DNA of 64,000 bases from Felis catus (Eukaryota): positions 210,616,001-210,680,000 of the forward strand of contig NC_058368.1 of the NCBI RefSeq assembly GCF_018350175.1. Reading direction: 5' to 3'. Positions 50,766-62,320 of this stretch are shown piece by piece (position 1 is the first letter of the stretch; each line of letters begins with the position of its first letter). Made by a program: the position numbers and the translations under genes. The notes below the pieces were generated by a model that made no database searches, was not told the DNA's origin, and was given only the letters and a program-made list of their open reading frames with translations.

Positions 50766-51046
50766 GGGGCGCCTGGGTGGCGCAGTCGGTTAAGCGTCCT
50801 ACTTCAGCCAGGTCACGATCTCGCGGTCCGTGAGTTCGAGCCCCACGTCGGGCTCTGGGCTGATGGCTCGGGCTCTGGGCTGATGGCTCGGGCTCTGGGC
50901 TGATGGCTCGGGCTCTCGGCTGATGGCTCAGAGCCTGGAGCCTATTTCCGATTCTGTGTCTCCCTCTGTCTCTGCCCCTCCCCCGCTCATGCTCTGTCTC
51001 TCTCTGTCCCAAAAATAAATAAACGTTGAAAAAAAATTAAAAAAAA
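50766..51046 (+). mobile_element. Young felid SINE (SINEC_Fc-type) with internal 20-bp tandem amplification
   Basis: CpG-rich head and TSD AAAATCTTTCAACTG(G/C)TC. Confidence 0.96.
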
Positions 51047-52300
51047 AAATCTTTCAACTGCTCAATCCTGCTCTGAACTTCATACTTAATTTGTTGACAG
51101 TAATGTGGACTCTTTCCACTGTGAGTTTACACTGGAGGAGAAAGTGTGCTAACCACTGAATATCAGTTTTTTTGGTAATCTCTCATTCATTCTAGATGAC
51201 TGAGCTGGAAGCCAGCTCTATATGCAGTGTTTTGTGCATTTGGCAGCAAGAAAAGCTAGTGTGTGGGAACTCAATATCCCCTGAGCCCCCCCCCCCCCCC
51301 ACAAAGAAGCTCAAATCCTGGGACTCACAGGTCACACCCAAGCACCTACATGGGCCTGTTTGTAGAGAAGACTCCTTTCCTCAGTGAGCTTTTCTCGTAT
51401 ATGCACATTTAGTGGCCTGGAGAATCTTCTTTTTTTAATTTAAATTTTGATAAAGTAGATGATTCTTGAATGGTCTAAGGTTTAGACTATGAGCTATATG
51501 AGCTTTGCACATATGGCAAGCTCCTAGATGATTCTAACACTGATGGTTCTGGCCTAGACTTTGAGAAGCAAGTGCCTAGATCCATAGATACCATGTTATT
51601 CTTGGCTACCCACAATACTTACAACTATGGACACACATTTAATTAGACAGTCAGAAGAGTAAGTTTCTGACACTTGACAAATCCAATAAAAATTTAAATA
51701 AAAATAACTTTGATAGGAAACTGCATAAAGTCTTTATGTTACAGAGCAGGAAAGAATCTCAGAGGTCAATGGAGTCTGCAAGTTCATTTGTTCAGTCACT
51801 TTTATCAAAGTTAACGCAGTGGTACGTCTGCTGTAAGCCAGGCACTAAACTATCCTGAGATGCTTAAAACCACTCTCTGACAGTAGGGGCACCTTTTTCA
51901 TGATCCAGCTGGTGGGTTCCTTCAGGACTTTGTGTTTTCTTCATGCCCTCTTGCCTCTGAGTTACTCCAGGGATGGCCAGCCGGGCTTAGAGTAGAAGGG
52001 AGACTGACACTAACAGAGAACCATGGCAGGGTCCCTGAGTGCTTATCTTCCATTTCTTTCAAAGGAATTGTTGAACTTCATTATGACTTCCACTGAATTG
52101 CACTTATAAATGCTATGCAGGTGCATCATTATCTTCATTCACAAAGCAACCAAATATTATATCTTAAAAATAGATGTGAAAAAATGAAATAATCTGATAT
52201 GTAGACTCTTTCTGTAATTACACAGGCTTGATTTTAAGTCATTGGATTGAATATTTATAAAAGGTAAAGCTTGCTGTGTTCCTAAGATCATTTAAAATAT

Positions 52301-52872
52301 TGTAGTAGGCAGAATTCAAAGAAAGTTTCAAAGGTTCCCACTCCTTGGCATATTTATCTTGTATAATCTCTTCTCCTTGAGTGTGGATTGGGTTTGTGAA
52401 TGTAATGGGAAAGTCACTCCCGTGAGTAGGTAGCCTTATATAGCAAAGGTAAAGAAATTTTGTAGATGTAAATAAGGTCCTTAATCAATTGGTTTTGAGG
52501 TAATCAAAATGAAGCCTGATAAGCTCTTTGAAAAAGGACCCAGGCCTTAAGGAGAGATTTGAAGCCAGAGAGATGCTCTCCTTCTGGCCATGATGAATCA
52601 GACTGTCCAGTTGTGGAGAAGGTCATGTGGCAGGGAACAATAAGCAGACTCTTGGGCTGAAGGTCTCAGTCCTACAACTGCATGGATCTGAATCCTATCA
52701 ATGATCCATCTCAGAAGCCAGTCTTGGAACCAATCTTGGAGTTGACCTCAGATGACAATGCAATTGCAGCTAATATCTTGATTTTTGCCTTATGAGACCC
52801 CGAGCAGAGGACTCATCTAAGCCATGCCTGGACTTCTGACTCAAGGAAGCTGTGAGCTAATGAATGGGTATT
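52301..52872 (+). mobile_element. MaLR solo LTR (MLT1-type)
   Basis: Starts TGTAGTAGGCAGAAT. Contains TTTGTAGATGTAAATAAGGTCC, CAGTCCTACAACTGCA, GCCTTATGAGACCC..GCAGAGGAC, GACTTCTGAC, typical of MLT1. Confidence 0.8.
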
Positions 52873-52874
52873 GG

Positions 52875-53890
52875 CATATACTTATTGAACACCTAAGATG
52901 TGCTAGGCATGGACTATTCTAGGTGCTTGAAATGTATTCACTAAGAAAGAGATAAAGATGCCTGTTCTTGAAGAGCTTACTTTCTAGAAGGGGAAGACAG
53001 ACAATAAAGAATACATTTTAAAAGTTGGGTAAATTAGATAGCGATTGTGGGAACACACAAAAAAGTAGGCCAAGAAAAGAGGAATAAGGAGTAGAAGGTG
53101 GGGAGGGGAACAGATTGCACGGTTGAGAAGGTAAAATTTGAACAAAGATTGGAAGGAGTTAGCCAGGGAGCACATCTGGGGTAAGAGCATTATAGGCAGA
53201 GGGAACTGCTGAGGCCAGTGTCCTAAGGTGGGCATGCACCTTGCATGGTTACACCATAAGAAGGCAGGTGTAGCTGAAGCAGAATGGGCTGGGGCAGAAC
53301 AGAAGGAGATGAGGGAGAGAGGAATAAGGGCCAAGGCCAGGCTGGCTTCTTCAGGACTTGGGCTTTTCCTTTGAGTAGAATGCAGAACCATGGGGGGTTT
53401 TGAGGAGAGGCTGCCATGATCTGCCTGTAATCTGAACTAAAACAAGGGAGGAACAGGGAGACCCATCATGAGGCTGTTGCCATCATCCAGGTGAGGTTGA
53501 CTGTGGTTTGTTCCAGTGATGGCCATGGGGCTTAGAAGGAGTGGTCTGATCCTTAGTATATGTTGAAAATAGAACTACCAGGGTTTCCTGAGGGACTGGA
53601 CGTGGTGTTTGAAAAAGGAGAGAAGATTTGGGTATGAGTCCTAGGGTTTTGGCAACTGGAAGATCAGAGTTGCCAGTAACTGAGAGGAAGAGGGCTTTGG
53701 GTGAAGATGGGAGTGGTGGGGTGGCAGGGACAGGGGTTCGGGTGGACACAGTGAGCTTGAAATATCTACTAGAATGTTCAAGTGGAGATGCCAAATGGGC
53801 AATTGCATGTAGAAGGTCTGCGAGAGAGGTCTGAGGTAGGAATAGGCATTCGGGATTTGTTAATAATCAGGTAGTATTTCAACCTGGCCT
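52875..53890 (-). mobile_element. L2 (L2a-like) 3' portion
   Basis: TTATTGAACACCTAAGATGTGCTAGGCA...GAGCTTACTTTCTAG...GGTTTTGGCAACTGGAAG...GAGCTTGAAAT antisense L2 pattern. Confidence 0.8.
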
Positions 53891-54619
53891 CAACAAATAT
53901 GACCAGCCCAAAGTAATAGAAGGATTTCACATGAACAGAAGCTGTGGAGAAATTAAAACAATAGCTGTGAATTTGAATATGGAAAAATTGTATTTTCTCA
54001 GGAAATCTCTAAGGATTTTAAAATCCTGGAATAGTTGCTCTTGGTGTTGAGTGTGTGGGAAGCTGGGAAGCCAGGACATGGCCTGTGGAACCCTGTCAGT
54101 CATAATGAAGTGTGTTGTCACTGTCACAGGACAACAATGTGATTGCAACACAGACGTGTCTCAGGGTTCCTTTCTTGGATGCAGTGTGGCCTTTCATCCA
54201 GTGCCTAGGACTCTGGGGTCATCCAAGGCCACAGACAGTGCTGATGGCCTATCTGCAGGAGCCCTGCCAGTGTGGCTCAGAGGCAAGCCCTGGGTCACCG
54301 AGAGCATAAGTAACAAATCAGAAGAGCTGGGTGGGACCCAAGACTAGTCCAATCCCTCTTCTTAAGAAGGTACAGAGGCCCTCGGTGTGAAGGGACCTGC
54401 TCAACATCCTCCAGTGAGTCATGGCAGAATTGGGGACAGAGCCCAGGGCTCCTGAGTCTCAGAATTCCTTCACAGAGCATTTTCCCTTCACTGATTTGGT
54501 CTTTCCTATTCTAATTACAGCCAAGGACGTAAACTTGTTCTGTTGTTTTATCTTTTTTTTTTTTGCACACCTTTCCTCAGGATGTTAACCATTAGCTGTT
54601 CTTCTTCAACCAAGCAGAG

Positions 54620-54820
54620 TCAGCAAGGCTAGCTTCTGTGTAGCTAACACTTACATAGGGCTACTCTGTGCCAATCACTCACTCTGCACAACAACCCTGC
54701 CAGGGAGGGATTGAAAGAAACCAAGGTGCAGAGAGGTTAGGTAATGTCATCAAGACCTTGAAGCTTGCGAGCATTGGAATCTGTGCTTTTAATCCCAGTT
54801 TAAGAGCACTGAGACTTATG
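54620..54820 (-). mobile_element. MIR
   Basis: GCTAACACTTAC...CTACTCTGTGCCA...ACAACAACCCTG...CAGAGAGGTTAGGTAA. Confidence 0.7.
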
Positions 54821-55748
54821 TAATACTGAGCATTCAGTCTCTGACGCACTGAGGGGCGCACTGAGGACACCACACCTTTCTGTCCTCTGGACATCACATT
54901 CACATGCACACACTCACACACGCATGTCAGCTATCCTCTGCCCCACTTCTTTCTCAGGCTTCATGGTCCTGTCTCTGCTGCCGACTTTGTTCCTTTCCTC
55001 CATGTCACTTCCCAGCAGTCTGGATACTGATATGTGGGAGCCATGCCCTCCCTAGGGACCTACAGGGCCTTCCCTGCTTCACCGCCTCACAGTCTTAGGG
55101 CACAGTCTACCTTCTGGCATTAGCTTCTGGGTGAGCAACTGAAGGGCTCTGCCCTCGGTTGACATTTCTAAAAATTTCTGGTTGGAAAGCAAAGTGCTTT
55201 CACGTGACATCATATTCAGATGGCCAGGTTCTTTGCAGAAGAACCTGCTTACGTTGCCCACAGACTTGTTCAAAAAGTCATAGAGAGATGGCCTTCCAAA
55301 GGCTTTACAGGGTTGGTCTCCATCCTCCAGTTTCACACCGAAAACCCCCACCATGACCAAGACAAAAAACTGTCCCCACCCTTGCCAGTCTCAGGTCTTG
55401 GCCTTTGGTAACTCCTTGACCCCTTTCTCTTATCTGCTCTCCTGCTAGCATCTGGGAGAGGTGCTTGAACACTGTGCATCCAATTGAAGGGAACTTTTCA
55501 CTTTAAGTTTGTAATTAGAGTCATGTTCAGTTTCATACTGCAGTTATGAGCAAATGGCTGCCTGGAAATTGGACAATCAATACACCTACTTTGCAGAGAT
55601 GTCTAAATCCACAGCTCAACTTTTCTCATAGTCTATTGAATTTGGTTGTATTAGGTATATTTTCATATTTTAAACATTTGCACTCAAACCAGAGTACTTT
55701 ACATATATTAAGGTCCTGTTTTCTATTGTGGCCTCAGGGATAGAGGCT

Positions 55749-55799
55749 AATAATATTATTGATAATAATAATATTGATAATAATATTATTGATAATAAT
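55749..55799 (+). repeat. 15-bp AT-rich tandem repeat (AATAATATTATTGAT) x about 3.4
   Basis: Seen directly. Confidence 0.85.
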
Positions 55800-55885
55800 C
55801 TAAAGGGTCATGGGAAATACTTATGCAACCCTTGGTATGTTGTACAAGTTAATCAAAATCAAAGAGAAATGAACAAAAACATATA

Positions 55886-56486
55886 CAGTAGTCCCCATTA
55901 TCTGTGGTTTTACTTTCTGTGGTTTCAGTCACCCACGGTCCACTGTGGTCCACCTCAGTCCGGAAGCAGATGATCTTCCTTCTGACAAATCATCAGAGGG
56001 TCTCTAGTAGCCTAACACTACTTCACAATGCCTACATCATTCACCGTACTTCATCTCATCATGTAGGCATTTTATCATCTCACATCATGACAAGTGAGTA
56101 TAGTCCAATAAGAAATTTTGAGAGAGAGAGACCATAGTCACATAACTTTTCTTACAGCATATTGTTAGAATTTTTATTTTATTATTAGCTATTACTATTA
56201 GTCTCTTACTGTGCCTAATTTATAAGTTAAACTTTATCATATGTATGTATAGAAAAAAACAGTGTAAGGGATGCCTGCGTAGCTCAGTCAGTTAAGTGTC
56301 CAGCTCAGGTCATGATCTTACAGTCATGAGATTGAGCCCTACATTGGGCTCTGTGCTGGGCATGGGGCACGTGTTAGATTCTCTTTCCTCTCTCCCTCTG
56401 CCCTTCCCCTGCTTGTGCTGTACTATCCTCAATTTCAGGCACACACTTGTGGTCTTGGGATGTATCCCAAGGTGGAGTGGTTACTG
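55886..56486 (+). mobile_element. TcMar-Tigger non-autonomous element (MER44-like) containing an old CAN-SINE at about 56268-56420
   Basis: TA|CAGTAGTCCCCATTATCTGTGGTTTT... left end and ...TTTCAGGCA...GGTCTTGGGATGTATCCC...TTACTG right end match MER44/Tigger7 termini. Confidence 0.8.
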
Positions 56487-56834
56487 TGTTCGTAAAATGA
56501 TTGCCCTTATCCTAAGCTTTTAGAATTGGAAGGATACTTAGAGACAGATGTGTCGAGTAACGGCTTACCTGGCAGATGAGAAAAGTGAGACCCGAGGGAT
56601 TACGAAAATTGCTCAAGATCACACAGAGAGTTAACAGCGGGGCTCTGTCTTAAGGTTTTGGTCCCTGCCTCCTCCCCCAGAACTTTTCTGTGCTGCTACC
56701 TTATGAACATTAAAGTCTACAACTGGGGGTCGGGTGGGGGTTGGAATCTGAAACAAATTACCAAGTGGAAGAAAAGATTAAGAAATTATCAGTGTTGTAG
56801 TAGTGAGGTTTTTTTTAAGGATCTCAGCAATTAC

Positions 56835-56927
56835 CTCTATAAGAAGTTCCTTTCTATTGAATGGCAGGGGTTCAAGGGGATTTTCTGGAATTTTTAGATC
56901 TTCATCTCTCGTAAACCACAGACCAGC
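56835..56927 (-). CDS. SPEF2: Sperm flagellar protein 2, fifth-from-last coding exon
   Basis: 93 nt, TTTTTTGTATAG|...|GTAATT, phase 0/0. Translates AGLWFTRDEDLKIPENPLEPLPFNRKELLIE, recognisable as SPEF2 C-terminal region. Confidence 0.92.
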
Positions 56928-57015
56928 CTATACAAAAAATAAAAATGAAAATTATTAAAGGATTGTTCCTCTCAAAGCCATAGGGATTGAACTCATCTTG
57001 TTCAACTGTCTAGAG

Positions 57016-57251
57016 CACTGGTCTCCGAAATAGGGGGCAAAAACCAAGGGGATGCAGGAGAAAATACCAGAACTTCCACTTACACATATTTTGATAACAT
57101 TGTTATGTCATTTTTATTTAAAAATTTGATAATGTAAATAATGTATTAGTTCAGTAGTACACACGTATAATTTATAAATGAAAATCCACATCTTGGGGGT
57201 CCTAGCTCTATTTTAGCCATCAGAACATGTGATGAAGTTTGGAGGTCACTG
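57016..57251. mobile_element. Short hAT-Charlie-like element
   Basis: Imperfect terminal inverted repeats CACTGGTCTCCGAA ... TTTGGAGGTCACTG, flanked by CTAGA-containing 8-mers typical of Charlie target sites. Confidence 0.55.
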
Positions 57252-58399
57252 CCCTAGATCTTGCCTGCATGGCGATATTCTGGAGGGGTCTGCACTCATA
57301 ACCCTCACTCACATTCCTCATGTTCTGTTCATGTTGCTCTCTATTCCCAGAGTCTAGTGTGATGCTGCCAGTGCACAGTGTTGGAAAAACTTTTGCTGAG
57401 TGACTGACTCAAGAGCTCAATGGCCTACTCTTTAATGACATCCCTCTTTCTCGGCCCATTATGTGATACTAATCACAGAATCCTCTGATTCCCATTTGGC
57501 AATGCCTCTCTCTTCCTTCCTTCCATCCCTACTCCTGACACCTTGGTGCAGAGCCTCTTTACTTCTGTCACAGGCCACCCCAGTCAGCTCCGAGTTGGTT
57601 TGGTTTCTAGTCTCCCTTTTACTTGTTTCAGCTTGTAATGTGCAACCATATCACTTTCCTCAAAACTTTAACCTTGTCTTATCATTCTCTGCTCAGAAAC
57701 ATTTCCTACTCTTGCTGTGTTGTTCACATCATCCCTCCTACCTGATGTGACTTCCTGCCCACCCATGTAAACCTGAACATCTCTGCATTCTCTGTTCCAA
57801 TCACACTTCCCTAGAGACACCTTCCTTGATCTTGCCTCTGAACTCCAATTTGATTTGTTTATACCACACACTGGATATTTGGTCCATTCCTTTAGGTGTT
57901 GCCGTTCATGCCTGCTGTTGAACATGTCTTAGGTTTAAAGGATATGTCGTGTCATGCTTAATTTTTGTAAATGGTAAGCACTTCATATTCATATGAATTT
58001 TGTTCCTAGGTCTAGCTTTCTTACCATCTTCCAGAGTGACAACCCACTCTCAGCACTATTTCCAAGAGGCATTGGCTTGCTTAATCTGACTCTGGCCTAT
58101 GCTCTTCCAAGGATCACCTGTGCTTTGAGAAAAGGCTGGAATGGCATTGGGTAACTTGTCAGCGGATACAGGTCCCAAAGGTGAGACCTGGGGTTTCTTT
58201 TAATTTGGAACAAAGGAGATGCTGGTCATGTGGAACCCTGTGAGAGAGAAGACCCAGGAGAAGCTTAAAGTCCAGCATGAGCTCAGGCTTTGAATGTGCT
58301 TTTGTACTGACCAAGAGGAGACCCTTGCCCAATAGCTAATCTGCGGAGGGTAAGTACCACTCAATGGGAGAATAGAGGTAAAGAACATAGATAAGAGAC

Positions 58400-59755
58400 A
58401 TGTTGGGGCACCAAAGTTCAGAATTACCCTTCTGTCTTAAACAACAAGAAAAATAAACAACATAAATGAAAGATGATTTTCCAGACATCAGACAACAGGC
58501 AATACAGCACATTAATTCCTGAACTAAGGGAAGCTACCAAAGAGTCCTATTAGTGTTCCAGCCTGGATGGAGTTTCTAGGCTTCAGTGCCAGGAGAGGCA
58601 TCCAAATAGAGCCTGGTGACCTTCCTGATTTGAGAAGGCAGACTCTATTATTGAGGCAGGCTGAGATGGCTAGAATTTTCAGGGTGGACTACTAAAGATG
58701 CACTGAGGACAAGCCATAGAGATCCACAGAGGGATCTCTTCAAGTCTTGAGTGATAGCCAATCTGTGGATGTGTGTTTGTGGAAGATACCAGAAGCTGGA
58801 GAAAGAACCAGAGGAAAGGAGTAAGCTGAACAATTCCTGAGACACACACAGGGCTGGGAAGAGTCCATGTTTCCACCAGGCAGAGTGGAAGGATCTCCTC
58901 AAACACAGGCATTGAAGAGAGCACCCAGGAGATAACTGCCTTAACAGTGGGGCCAGATTGGCCACTCTGGACCCATTCTTACAAATTTTATTGTAACCTT
59001 GAGAGGATAGAAGTGATTCCAAGTAACACTGATGCAGGCCCAATAATATTTAAACGTATATAAAGTTGGGCATCCAACAAAATAAGATTCACAACATCTG
59101 GCATCCAGTATAAAGTTACTAGGTATTCAGAAAAGCCATGACATATGACCCATAGTCAGAAGAAACATCACTCAAAGAAAACAAACACAAAAATGACACA
59201 GATGATAGAATGAACAGTGAAAGATGTTCATTTGTCTATTCTAAATACATTTCATTTGTTCAAAGAGATAGAGAAACACATGCATATATTGAGAGAAATG
59301 GAAGATACAACTAAGAACCAACCTGAATTATTAGAGACAAAAAATTTAATAACTGAAATGAAAAATACACCACATGGTATTAATAATAACAGATTCAGTT
59401 CTGCAGAGGAAATCATCAGTAAACTTGAAGACATAGGAATAGAAATGAATACAAAGTAAAGCATAGAGAAAAAAAATGGGAAAAAAAATGAACCAAGCCT
59501 CAGTGACCTCTGGGAGAGTACATACGTGATTAGATTTTGAGAAGGGGTGGGGGTGCAGAAAAAAAATTTAGAAAAAAATCCTCAAAAGTTTCCAATCTGA
59601 CAAAAATTACAAAACCCACAGATTTTCAAGAGCTCAGTGAACCCCAGGCAGAAGGAACATGAAGAAAACCACACCAAACGACACAGTAATCATTGCTGAA
59701 AACTGGGGATGAAGAGGAAATATTAAATGAAGCTAGAGGGGAAAAAAGGAAACAG
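58400..59755 (+). mobile_element. Ancient L1 (L1M-type) 5' region and ORF1 remnant
   Basis: ORF 59217-59459 (ELLETKNLITEMKNTPHGINNNRFSSAEEIISKLED) and LKTGDEEEILNEAR resemble decayed L1 ORF1. Confidence 0.75.
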
Positions 59756-60990
59756 AGGATCTCAAACCCTCCTACTATTGCTCAACCAACACTCAATTCC
59801 ATGTTTAATTGTTTCAATGCACAGGAATTTCCCCTGATCCTTAAAATCAAGGAATCATTCATACTAGTTTTCTAATAATATATGCTATTGCATAAATTAA
59901 GAAAAAATCGTGTATTATGCACACAAGAGAGCCACTTTAGAAAGGAAAAAAAAAAAAACTAACCTGACTGGAAAATAACTTATAATTACTAAAAAGTCAT
60001 CCGTGGGTAGATCCAACATGGCAGAGAAGTAGGAGAACCTGAAATTCCCTTGTCCCTTAAACACAGCAGTGTTGAGGCCAAAGGACTTTGAATTCGAAGA
60101 GTCCAGGCTGCTGAGTGAAAGAGAGGTCTTTGGGGGACCCACGGGGACAACGTGGTGGGCCATAGGTGCGTGATTGTGAACTGGGAGAGATGAAACGGGC
60201 AGCATAGGCATGGAAGGGAGGGATCCCCTTCTGCGGAGAGACAAAGGGAAGAGAAAAAGAAGCTGGGAAAGTGTAGGACTGTATCTGGACGAGAGAAAGA
60301 CCATGGATGGGGATGGAGAAAGATCCAATCTCTAACTGCGGGGCTTTCTCCGAACTGGGGCAGGCTGCCCAGTTAGCGCACCTGGGAAGGAAGGGAGTCA
60401 GTGCTGGGCTCCGTAACTAGCTCAGAGGCACAGTCCGCAGTGGGAGAAAGCAACCCCTTCCCTGGATGGCTGTGGGAAGGTATATAGCTGTTCAAAGGGC
60501 AAAAACTGCCTGCGCCAACCAGCCACGGGCCATATATATAGGCGGCGCGGAGCAGCACTTCCCTGGAACCGGGGTGCAGGGAGAGGGACCCTTTAAGACA
60601 CTGGGGTTTAAATCCCAGCTTAGTGCCAGGGAGGTACGGGAGTCATCGGACCAGGACAAACTGCCTCATTGGTGCCAGTGGGGCACTGCAAGGATGGCCT
60701 GAACAGAGTGGTTTGGGCCACCAGGTCTGGGGAGGTGAGACTGTGGTGTCACCATTTTTCTCCCTGTCACTGACAAGGTGGGGCTTCAGGGAAGGACAGC
60801 AGGCCCACAGTGGAGGTGGGACCCGCCTACACCAAACCACGCCCCTCCGTGCCTGGTAACTGTAGCGGGATTGAGGCTGAGTCACCACACAGTCCCTCCT
60901 CCAGACCAGCGCTGCCATTGGTTCCAAGGCATCCAGCAGTTTTGCATTTCCTGATTTAATTCTTGGACAATTCTTATTATATATATATAA

Positions 60991-61201
60991 TTTTTTTTTT
61001 CAACGTTTATTTACTTTTGGGACAGAGAGAGACAGAGCATGAACGGGGGAGGGGCAGAGAGAGAGGGAGACAGAATCGGAAACAGGCTCCAGGCTCTGAG
61101 CCATCAGCCCAGAGCCTGACGCGGGGCTCAAACTCACGGACCGCGAGATCGTGACCTGGCTGAAGTCGGACGCTTAACCGACTGCGCCACCCAGGCGCCC
61201 C
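60991..61201 (-). mobile_element. Young felid SINE inside the L1 5'UTR
   Basis: CpG-intact reverse SINEC_Fc-type sequence with TSD TATAATTTT. Confidence 0.95.
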
Positions 61202-61575
61202 TATAATTTTATATATTTAAATATATTTATATTTAATACAGATTATATTATGTATAATATAATATACATATATGTATATATGTATATTATATTATGTATA
61301 TTATAATATATACAATATATAATATATAGTATAATATAATATGTTATACATAATATAATCTGTATTAAATATAAATTATATATAAATAAATACATATTAA
61401 ATATATAATATATAAAAATTATATATAATATATACTTTATATAATATATATAATTATATATATAATATATACTTTATATATAATATATATAATATATAAT
61501 ATATATTTTATATATAATATATAACATATATATTTTATGTATAATATATATATTTTATATATAATATATATAATT
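61202..61575. repeat. AT-rich (TA)-derived low-complexity tract with inverted repeats
   Basis: About 370 bp almost exclusively A/T. Confidence 0.95.
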
Positions 61576-62101
61576 TTTTTCTTCCTTTTCTCTTTTTTAT
61601 TTCTTTCCTCCTCTAATCTGGTTATTCTGGTTGTTGGTTTGTTTAAGCAGACATATTTAATCTATTCTCTTTATACCTGTTCTACTCTCCTTCTTTAGTT
61701 TCCTCTCTCTCTCTCTCTCTCTCTGGATTAAGCCATAGAGTTTCTCTGGTCAATTTTCTTTTCTTTTTCTCTTTTCCCGCCCCTGTCGTTTCTCTCTTTG
61801 TATGAGATAAGGCCTCTTCCATCAACACCACTCCCACCGTGGTTTAGTGGTAGAGGGTGTTTCTGGTTTTTTGTTTTTGTTTGTGTTTTGTTTCATTTGT
61901 TTTTGTTTTTTGTTTTTTGTTTGTTTTCCTTTCCAGGGCTAATTCAATGAACAAATTAAAGCACACCTGGTGGAGGGTCCAAAACATCACTATGAGTACA
62001 GAGATAAAGCAACCAAAGTCATAACAACAGAGAGCAAATAACACACGCCTGAAGGGCCAGGCCCTGGACAGTGTATGACCCTTCTTTAAGAAAGTAGTGC
62101 T

Positions 62102-62320
62102 GGGGCGCCTGGGTGGCTCAGTTGGTTAAGCGTCCGACTTCGGCTCAGGTCATGATCACATGGTTCGTGAGTTCGAGCCCTGCATTGGGCTCTGTGCTGA
62201 CAGCTCAGAGCCTGGAACCTGCTTTGGATTCTGTGTCTCCCTCTCTCTCTGCCCCTCCCCCACTCACACTCTGTTTCTCTCTCTCTCTCTCTCTCAAAAA
62301 TAAATAAACATTAAAAAAAC
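62102..62320 (+). mobile_element. CAN-SINE inside the L1 just upstream of ORF1
   Basis: Full SINEC with TSD AAAGTAGTGCT at 62091-62101 and 62321-62331. Confidence 0.95.

Noticed and set aside
2516..62307. Recurrent short ORFs resembling MAQSVKRPTSAQVMIS..., and tRNA-like heads
   Set aside because: All are translations or heads of CAN-SINEs, not a gene family or tRNA genes.
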